NCBI GenBank assembly: GCA_963755125.1
Contig: CAVWIP010000015.1
Location: forward strand, 128,001 to 192,000
Length of the DNA: 64,000 nucleotides
Source of the DNA: an uncultured delta proteobacterium
GTDB lineage: Bacteria; Myxococcota_A; Polyangia; Fen-1088
Direction of reading: 5' to 3'
In this document: piece after piece, positions 36,262-42,775 of the stretch
Numbering within the stretch: position 1 is the stretch's first letter
Layout: each line of letters begins with the position of its first letter
Program-made: the position numbers and the translations under genes
The notes under the pieces: generated by a model
What the model was told of the DNA's origin: nothing
What the model saw: only the letters and a program-made list of their open reading frames with translations
The model's database searches: none

Positions 36262-36518
36262 GATCACTTGAGGGATTGAAGACCAAGATCGGCGCCCTAC
36301 TCGCGGCCCGTCGTGAGCTGGCCGCCCGGCCGCACGTGACAGCCTTCCTGCCGCGGAACGGACGCGAGCCAGCCGACGCGCCCGCCGGGCAGTTCACCAC
36401 GCGGCCGGCGCTGACCTGTTCGATCGTGCACTACGACCCCGCCAACCCACCGCCCGAGCTGGCAGCCGCGCCCGCAATTGTTCCCGAAACCGAAGATGAC
36501 CCCTTCCGCCACTACTAA
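36258..36518 (+). CDS. small hypothetical protein (starts MRSLEGLKTK)
   Basis: 86 aa; ATGA overlap; AAAGGGA SD. Confidence 0.75.
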   Translation: MRSLEGLKTKIGALLAARRELAARPHVTAFLPRNGREPADAPAGQFTTRPALTCSIVHYDPANPPPELAAAPAIVPETEDDPFRHY

Positions 36519-36540
36519 CCCACAGCAAAGGAAACCAGCA

Positions 36541-37047
36541 ATGACCAGACACTTCGTAACCGACGTTCCGACCGGCACCACGACCGAGGACCCCGCCGAC
36601 AAGAGTCACCTTGGCTTTGCCGAGCACGAGGCCAGCGCCAGAGCACTTGAAGCCGCTGGGCAAAACCCGGCTGCAATTCAGTCTTGGCACCGGGCCATCG
36701 TCTCTCACGCGCGGGCGGGCAATCTTGCCGGCGTCATCGGGGCCGTCAAACATTGTGAGCGACTGGCCGGCAACCAGGATTTTGCGCCGGACCTTGAGAG
36801 AAAGAGCACCGCGGCCGACGCCGCACTAGAGCGGGCCGAGCAACGCGGATTCGATGCCGCTTACCAGGCGACTCGCGCAGCCAGCACGGCCGCAGCGACC
36901 GACTGGCGAAGCCAGCCGCGCGAGAGAGTCGGCGAAGGTGGCGACGGCCCCATTGAACCGGCGATTGAACGAGTAGGCGACCGCCAAGCGCAGGACGCGA
37001 GCAAGCCAGACGCCAACACCACCAGCGGCACGCCGGAAAGGCTGTAA
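36541..37047 (+). CDS. hypothetical protein
   Basis: ATG 36541 after AAAGGAAA; co-directional with the operon. Confidence 0.65.
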   Translation: MTRHFVTDVPTGTTTEDPADKSHLGFAEHEASARALEAAGQNPAAIQSWHRAIVSHARAGNLAGVIGAVKHCERLAGNQDFAPDLERKSTAADAALERAEQRGFDAAYQATRAASTAAATDWRSQPRERVGEGGDGPIEPAIERVGDRQAQDASKPDANTTSGTPERL

Positions 37048-37052
37048 CGACC

Positions 37053-37931
37053 ATGTTCAAGAAAGACAAGCCGACCCCGCCGACCGCGATGCAGATTCAC
37101 CTGGAAGTCGAGAAGCACGTGCTCATGCAAAGCACGTGGCGCCAGGTCACTGACGAGGAGCTGCCCGCGGCGCTTGCGGCGCTGACCGAAATCATCGGCA
37201 AGAAAACCGCCGCGCAGCCATCAATGCAGCGCCGACTCGGCATCATGCGGGATGGTTCGGCCTACGTGCTGGCGCTCGAAATTCCCGCCGACGCGATCAT
37301 CGGGCAGCCCTGGCACCCGTCACCAAACGGCCCGCCACAGTTCACCGTTTGCGGGTTCACGATTGCGAAGGGACTGGAGTTGCTGCAAGGCCCGCTCAAC
37401 CCGGAGGCCGAGTTGACCGACCGACGGCGACGATACGACGAGTATCAAAAGGCCGAAACCGCCAAGCGCGCGGCGGAAGCCAGGGCGATCGCCGACGTGC
37501 AAGCCCAGCGACTCAATGAAGAAGTCGAGCGCCAGAAATGCCATGCTGGCGAATGGGCGCTCCTCAACTCGTTGGAACGATTCGCCGCACGCTTGGCGCT
37601 GGCCGTGGAGTCTCGCGATGCAGGGTTGGCGGCCGACCTCCGAAAGCTGGTGGCCGATAGGCTGGCCGGCGCTGACGACGACGCCGAGGCGTGGCCAAGA
37701 AATCCGGCGTGGTGCACGGGGCTTGCACTCGAAGGGTTGCCGCCAGAACGGCGCCAGGCTTTGGCGATGCAAAGCCAGGGCGAGCGCGAGATCATGGAAC
37801 TCGAAACGGTCCCACGCGACAAGCTGCCCAGCCTGCGGTTGATGGCGGGCGACAGCAGGACAGCGGTTCTTGCCTACTGGAAACAGATTAGCCGCGCTGT
37901 CCGCCGCGGGGCGAGCGGCAAGGCGGCCTAG
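37053..37931 (+). CDS. hypothetical protein with central coiled coil
   Basis: 292-aa ORF 5 nt after the previous stop; charged helix RRRRYDEYQKAETAKRAAEARA. Confidence 0.7.
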   Translation: MFKKDKPTPPTAMQIHLEVEKHVLMQSTWRQVTDEELPAALAALTEIIGKKTAAQPSMQRRLGIMRDGSAYVLALEIPADAIIGQPWHPSPNGPPQFTVCGFTIAKGLELLQGPLNPEAELTDRRRRYDEYQKAETAKRAAEARAIADVQAQRLNEEVERQKCHAGEWALLNSLERFAARLALAVESRDAGLAADLRKLVADRLAGADDDAEAWPRNPAWCTGLALEGLPPERRQALAMQSQGEREIMELETVPRDKLPSLRLMAGDSRTAVLAYWKQISRAVRRGASGKAA

Positions 37932-38040
37932 TCATGGTTCTCACGCTTCACCTGTACGACGCGCGCACGGCCCGCACGGTGCCAAGGGCGCTCTCGGTAG
38001 CCAAACTTGACGCGCCCGCGAGCCGCGAGAGGATGCAGCG

Positions 38041-38502
38041 ATGCCTATGGCTGCGCAGGGACAGGAACCACAGCCCGATCCTCTCGTCTGGTTCAAGCAG
38101 GCGCTGGACAAGTACCGTGAGTGCCAAGCTGCCTTTGAGGAGTGCGAGGACCTTACGTATTACGGTAGCGATACCTGGAAGAGGCGAGACAACATGCGCA
38201 GGATCGCTTCAGAAGGGCTCTGGGTGAGTGGCGTGGCTGGGTTCTTCAGTCTGTTGGAAACCAACTACAAGGCACAGGAACTCCTTGTGGCCGAACAACT
38301 GAAGCTTGCCAAGGAGAATTCGGCCGCAGCTAAGGTGACCGCCAAGTGGACGATGGTTATGGCCATCGTTGCCGCCGTGACCATTGCATACACTGCTCTT
38401 GTTGGGCGCCCCGTCTTGAATCTGGTGGCGCCTGTGCCACAAGCGCCAGTGGTCATCCCAGCAGATTCACAGTCTCCCCAATCACCCACACGTGATCCGT
38501 AA
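38041..38502 (+). CDS. membrane-anchored cargo protein
   Basis: 153 aa with one TM helix (WTMVMAIVAAVTIAYTALV); codon usage looks less GC-biased than its neighbours. Confidence 0.65.
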   Translation: MPMAAQGQEPQPDPLVWFKQALDKYRECQAAFEECEDLTYYGSDTWKRRDNMRRIASEGLWVSGVAGFFSLLETNYKAQELLVAEQLKLAKENSAAAKVTAKWTMVMAIVAAVTIAYTALVGRPVLNLVAPVPQAPVVIPADSQSPQSPTRDP

Positions 38503-38531
38503 CCCCCGCCGGCATGGCCGGGGTCACGCGC
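38453..38531 (-). pseudogene. C-terminal remnant of an IS1-family transposase
   Basis: Translates RVTPAMPAGVTDHVWVIGETVNLLG*, matching the TPAM.AG.TDHVW...E.V terminal motif of IS1-family DDE transposases; upstream sequence is not transposase-like. Confidence 0.7.
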
Positions 38532-38867
38532 GACGGCTCGCCACCCAGGACAAACACCAGCACGCAGGGGACGCCGATGGATAGCAAACCGCCAATTGGC
38601 GACTTGACGCGCCCTCCGTCGGGAAACGACCGCACCAGCTCGCGCTGGCTGCGACTTTGGAGCCTTGAACGATGTCCAGTACCAGGGAGAACGGCCCGTT
38701 TCACAGTGTAAGCGGCGCTACAGTCCTGCCCGCGCGCGGCCTATCCACCCGATGCGCTACCGCCAGTTTCCCGACGGAGAACAGACACGGCCAGCGGGGC
38801 AGCGTGGCCAAAGTCGGGCCATTTGTACCGGGAACGGCCCAAGATACGGGAGCCGGTCGTTTTCTTC

Positions 38868-38896
38868 TTGACTAAGTAACCACCGAAGGGTATCAT
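38868..38896 (+). promoter_or_regulatory. near-consensus sigma70 promoter (leaderless transcript)
   Basis: TTGACT(38868-73)-N17-TATCAT(38891-96); ATG 7 nt downstream at 38904. Confidence 0.75.
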
Positions 38897-38903
38897 AAAA
38901 ACT

Positions 38904-39158
38904 ATGAACATGGAAAAGTCGACCACCGCAAAGGACCGCGCGAGAATCCCCGAAGTGGGACGCCCCAAGATTCGCCCGGCAGATGAAGACACGACCTTGA
39001 GCTTCAAGGCATCGGCCGCGCTTATCAAATCGCTAGACGAGGAAGCCGAGCGGATGAGCGCTGAGAAGCCCGCCGGGAGTGCCCGCGTCTCGCGCAGCGA
39101 AGCGATCAAGATCATCTTGAACAAGTGGATCGCTGACCGCTCGAAGCCGCGCCAGTAG
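38904..39158 (+). CDS. ribbon-helix-helix (CopG/Arc-like) regulator
   Basis: GRPK, beta strand TLSFKA, LIKSLDEEA, VSRSEAIKIIL. Confidence 0.75.
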   Translation: MNMEKSTTAKDRARIPEVGRPKIRPADEDTTLSFKASAALIKSLDEEAERMSAEKPAGSARVSRSEAIKIILNKWIADRSKPRQ

Positions 39159-39260
39159 TCCGCGCCGCTCGCCTACTACCCCCACAACGAAAGTGTGCCC
39201 GCGCTGGCGACGATTCCAGCCGGGCACGTGGTCACGCACCACGGAAGAGGAGCACGCGAC

Positions 39261-39473
39261 ATGCCGACCCTAACAGAGAACGCAGACCGCGCACAAGCCG
39301 CGCTGGAGCTGTACCAGCGCGCCCACATCGCGATGGCAACGGGCGCCGAGACGCTTGTCGCCATGGTGGCGGATGGCACCCTCACGCCAGCCGAGGGAAT
39401 GCACAAGCTGACCGTGTTCGTGGACCGCTACCACGCGGCCCTGGCGGCGCTCGACGGGAGGATGGGAACATGA
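39261..39473 (+). CDS. small hypothetical protein
   Basis: GAGGAG SD before ATG 39261; ATGA-coupled downstream. Confidence 0.6.
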   Translation: MPTLTENADRAQAALELYQRAHIAMATGAETLVAMVADGTLTPAEGMHKLTVFVDRYHAALAALDGRMGT

Positions 39474-39682
39474 CTTCGATCCGCATCGCCAGCGCCCGCG
39501 GTGACATCGGCATCGCGGCCTATGAGCGCGAACTAGCCGAGCACAGCGAAAGCCAGCGGGCGATGGTGGTGGCGAACATCGCGACGCTGAAACAGGGACG
39601 GCCGGAAAAGGGATCAATTGATCCAATTATTCCCACAACCGAGGAGGCGGCGGAGAAGTTGAACGACGAGGTGAACGCATGA
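39470..39682 (+). CDS. small protein resembling a fragment of phage ParB-like/HTH proteins
   Basis: SESQRAMVVANIATLKQGRP...TEEAAEKLN; ATGA overlaps on both sides. Confidence 0.5.
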   Translation: MTSIRIASARGDIGIAAYERELAEHSESQRAMVVANIATLKQGRPEKGSIDPIIPTTEEAAEKLNDEVNA

Positions 39683-40305
39683 AAGCATCCGCGCCAACAC
39701 ACCGCCGCGCCGTCGCGTGCGAGTCGTTCAAGACCGCCGCCGAGGCCATCGGCCCGATCATGCCCGGCCTTTCCTTGTTCGCCCTCACGCGCGGGCAATG
39801 GAGCATGATCGACGCCATCCTGCACACCCTCGATTGCGTCGGCCCGTCGACGGTAAGCGTCTGGACCTGGACCGTTGCCGAGTACGAGATCGAAGTGTTG
39901 ACCCGTCTACGCCGAGACGAACGCATCACCGCCGGTCGGCTGGTCATCGACTACGGCGCCAGAAACAAGAACGCCGGGATCATTCGAGAATGGAAAAGCA
40001 CCTTCGGTCCCGAGTCGGTTCGGTACGTGGTCAACCACGCCAAGATCGCCCTTGTGGAAAGCGCCAGCGGCTATCGGTGCCTACTGCGCGGTTCGATGAA
40101 CCTCAATTTTAACCCGCGTTTCGAGCAATTCGACCTGACCGAAGGTGGCCCGGACTTCGACCTGGTGAAGTCGATTGAAGACGACCTTCCGATCCTGCTC
40201 GACGCGGTGACGGGAGAACAAGCCTACCGGGCATCGAAGGTCCACAGCGCCTTCTCACAAGAGACCCTCAACCTGTTTGGGAAGGTGAAGACATGGGCAA
40301 AATAA
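39679..40305 (+). CDS. single-domain phospholipase D-like (HKD) putative nuclease
   Basis: NHAKIALVE...LRGSMNL.FNPRFEQ (HxK + GSxN). Confidence 0.78.
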   Translation: MKASAPTHRRAVACESFKTAAEAIGPIMPGLSLFALTRGQWSMIDAILHTLDCVGPSTVSVWTWTVAEYEIEVLTRLRRDERITAGRLVIDYGARNKNAGIIREWKSTFGPESVRYVVNHAKIALVESASGYRCLLRGSMNLNFNPRFEQFDLTEGGPDFDLVKSIEDDLPILLDAVTGEQAYRASKVHSAFSQETLNLFGKVKTWAK

Positions 40306-40574
40306 GTCACGCTGAAATCGTCGCATCGCTGATCGCGGAGAATCCGAAGGCGAAGCTAGGCGACCTCAACCTGTACGCGGAAGCCTTCCAGCAGTGGCAG
40401 GAGGCAACGGCGAACATCCGCGAGAACGGCGCCGTCTGTGCTCACCCACGAACGGGGCAGCCGATGCCTAACCCTTACCTTGCTGTGCAGACCGCGGCGC
40501 TCAAGAACCTACAGCGCTTTGCCAGGCTCAAAACCGACTCGCTTTGGCGCGTGGAAGGGGACGCGCAGCCATGA
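40293..40574 (+). CDS. P27-family phage terminase small subunit-like protein
   Basis: LYAEAFQQWQEATANIRENGAV....TGQPMPNPYLAV pattern. Confidence 0.78.
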   Translation: MGKISHAEIVASLIAENPKAKLGDLNLYAEAFQQWQEATANIRENGAVCAHPRTGQPMPNPYLAVQTAALKNLQRFARLKTDSLWRVEGDAQP

Positions 40575-40879
40575 GCATCGACGCCGCTATCACCGAGGCC
40601 GTGGCCGTGGCCCTGGCGCCCGTGCTAGCGGAACTGCGCGCGGTCCGCGCCGAGTTGGCCGAGATTCGCGCCGTCCTGCCGCCGCGGTTCGTGTCGCTGA
40701 AAGAGGCGGCCGAGCTGATGGGCGTAGACCCCCGCACCATCGTCAGCATGGGCGAGCGCGGGGAATGCCGCACACGTCGAGCGGGCCGGCGCGTGCTTGT
40801 CGATGCCGCCAGCTTGCGCCCGCCGTCGCGTGAACAAGTCGCAGAGCTGGCAAGGACCGCCAGAAGGCCGCGCGCATGA
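40571..40879 (+). CDS. excisionase-like (HTH_17) protein
   Basis: FVSLKEAAELMGVDPRTI.....GE....RAGRRVLV. Confidence 0.82.
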   Translation: MSIDAAITEAVAVALAPVLAELRAVRAELAEIRAVLPPRFVSLKEAAELMGVDPRTIVSMGERGECRTRRAGRRVLVDAASLRPPSREQVAELARTARRPRA

Positions 40880-41112
40880 GTCTGACGGTGGTGTCCCGCA
40901 GCCCGCACAGCCGCGTGACCGTTGGCGGTGAGTACGACCGACGCGGCCGGCGTGGCTTCGTCTTGCTGGCCGTGTCGCCGAGCCCAGCGCTGCTCACGCG
41001 GGCAGCGGCCCGGCAGGTGGCGCGCACCCTCGTGATGTTCGCAGAGAGAGTCAGGCCACCCACAGCCACGAAAGGAAAGCACCATGGGACAAAACACCGA
41101 CGCGGCCTATGA
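40876..41112 (+). CDS. small hypothetical protein
   Basis: ATGA-coupled 78-aa ORF. Confidence 0.45.
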   Translation: MSLTVVSRSPHSRVTVGGEYDRRGRRGFVLLAVSPSPALLTRAAARQVARTLVMFAERVRPPTATKGKHHGTKHRRGL

Positions 41113-41305
41113 AAACATGACACTCACTGAGTTTCTAGCCCACATCCAAGAGTCAGATGTTCGCACAGTCCTAGACGCGACCGCCGCGCGCATCGGTGCA
41201 GAAAGTCCCCGCGGTAGCGATCGAACCTACGTCTCCCAACGGATGAAGGACATCTTTACCCGCTGGCTCGAAGCATACGAAGCCAACGGAACCCAAGCGT
41301 TCTAG
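41084..41305 (+). CDS. small hypothetical protein
   Basis: 73 aa, AAAGGAAA SD. Confidence 0.55.
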   Translation: MGQNTDAAYENMTLTEFLAHIQESDVRTVLDATAARIGAESPRGSDRTYVSQRMKDIFTRWLEAYEANGTQAF

Positions 41306-41436
41306 GCCGCCCCGCGCGTCTTGCGCGGTAGGTGCCGGAACGCTCCGACGCCTACCGGGCAGGATGCCCACGAAGGAAGGGAGACACATGGACAAGAAGA
41401 CACGGAGAACCCACGACCCGGGAAGGAAGGTGCACC

Positions 41437-42678
41437 ATGCGTAAACCAAAGCGGCGCGTGTGGGGTAGCGGCACCGTGTGGCAGCGCGGACAGCGTTGGT
41501 GGATACAGTGGCGAGAGGCTGGCCGACGACGGGCGAAGTCTTACCCCGACGAAACCACGGCCCGCAAGGTGCTGGCCAAGATCCTGGCGGACATCGCCAC
41601 CGGCAAGGCTGGCTTGCCACCGGACCCGACCGACGCGCCGACCATCGAGGAACTGTTCGCACCTTGGGCGGCACGCAGGGCGAAGACCCACCGGGCAGCG
41701 AGTGACGACGTGTGCCGCTGGAAAAACCACGTGGCCCCGACCTTCGGGAAGCTGTGGCCCGCCGACGTGGACGCCGGCAAGCTCCGGCGGTACATCGAAG
41801 CGAAGTTGTCCGAGGGCTTGGCCGCGCAGACCGTGGGCCATTGCGTGCGCCTGCTGTCCACGTTCTTCGAGGACGTGAAAGAGCAGGGCCACGTTGCAGT
41901 GAACCCGGTTTCGACGCTGCCACGGAGTACGCGGCGACTCTACAAGTCGACCTACGACGTGCGGTCAACGCCCTACCTCGAACGGGCGGAAGACATCCGG
42001 CGTCTCTACTTGGCCCTGCCCGAACCGCACAACGTGATCTTCATCCTGGGAGCGCTGACGGGCGCCAGGGTGGGGGAGCTGCTGGGCATGGACTGGAAGG
42101 ACATCGACTTTGCAGGCCGGAAGGTGCACGTCAGGCAACAAATGCAAGACGGCAAGCTCTGCCCCTTGAAGGACAAGGAGAGCAGGATCGTGCCGCTGTC
42201 CACGGACTTGGCGCCCGTGTTGGAAGCGTGGAAGCTGCGCACGGGCGGCGTGGGGCAGATGTTCCGGCCAGCGGTTGCAGACCGTGGCAGCCGTCCCGAG
42301 CTGGGCACGCTTCCCGGCTTCGTGCGGCCCCACACCGTCCACAAGGCACTGGCCGAAGCGTTGAAGAAGTGCGGCCTGCCCAAGCTGACGCTTTACCAGT
42401 GCACCCGGCACACCTACGCGAGCCAGTGGACCATGGCTGGCGGTAGCCTCGAAGAGCTGGCGCGCTACATGGGGCACAGCAGCACGTCCACAACGCAGCA
42501 TTATGCCCACCTGGCGCCCGACTTCTTCAGCTCCAAGGCGCGCGACATGGTGCGGGTAGACCTTGCCCGGCCGAAGGGGACCGTGGTAACACTGGCGCCC
42601 GCGTCGGTGCAAGATGGCTACAGAATAGCAACCACGCAGCAAGACACCGCGCCAGCACAACTTAGCTTAATCGGTTGA
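41437..42678 (+). CDS. int: tyrosine recombinase/integrase
   Basis: N-terminal arm-binding-like GSGTVWQRGQRWWIQW; TGARVGELLG(R), LK..ESR, LYQCTRHTYAS (Y in place of H in HxxR), MGHS, HYAH. Confidence 0.95.
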   Translation: MRKPKRRVWGSGTVWQRGQRWWIQWREAGRRRAKSYPDETTARKVLAKILADIATGKAGLPPDPTDAPTIEELFAPWAARRAKTHRAASDDVCRWKNHVAPTFGKLWPADVDAGKLRRYIEAKLSEGLAAQTVGHCVRLLSTFFEDVKEQGHVAVNPVSTLPRSTRRLYKSTYDVRSTPYLERAEDIRRLYLALPEPHNVIFILGALTGARVGELLGMDWKDIDFAGRKVHVRQQMQDGKLCPLKDKESRIVPLSTDLAPVLEAWKLRTGGVGQMFRPAVADRGSRPELGTLPGFVRPHTVHKALAEALKKCGLPKLTLYQCTRHTYASQWTMAGGSLEELARYMGHSSTSTTQHYAHLAPDFFSSKARDMVRVDLARPKGTVVTLAPASVQDGYRIATTQQDTAPAQLSLIG

Positions 42679-42690
42679 AAGTGTTAATGT

Positions 42691-42734
42691 TTGCGCCCGT
42701 AGCTCAACTGGATAGAGCATCGGCCTACGAAGCC
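42691..42734 (+). repeat. attR: 44-bp direct repeat overlapping the 5' half of the intact tRNA
   Basis: Identical to 29833-29876. Confidence 0.96.
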
Positions 42735-42766
42735 GGGGGTCGCCTGTTCGAATCAGGCCGGGCGCG
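42693..42766 (+). tRNA. tRNA-Arg (anticodon ACG)
   Basis: Cloverleaf GCGCCCG-TA-GCTC/GAGC-TCGGC CT ACG AA GCCGG-GCCTG TTCGAAT CAGGC-CGGGCGC-G. Confidence 0.96.
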
Positions 42767-42775
42767 CAGCAGCGC

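Larger units (their letters stand above)
29833..42734 (+). mobile_element. tRNA-Arg-integrated, capsid-less phage-satellite-like element (~12.9 kb)
   Basis: 44-bp att direct repeats, tyrosine integrase, two Xis-like HTHs, Prim-Pol/helicase, P27-type TerS; no capsid, portal, TerL, tail or conjugation genes recognised. Confidence 0.9.

Noticed and set aside
35990..41436. Recurring CCCAC...GAAAGGAA motif before several element genes as a regulator site
   Set aside because: More simply explained as C/A-rich unstructured leaders plus Shine-Dalgarno sequences; spacing and sequence vary.
29877..42690. Complete prophage or conjugative element
   Set aside because: No recognisable TerL, portal, capsid, tail, lysis, relaxase or T4SS genes, and it is too small.
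42682..42690. TGnTAATGT as extended -10 promoter of the restored tRNA
   Set aside because: It ends only 2 nt before the tRNA 5' end, so transcription would start inside the tRNA.
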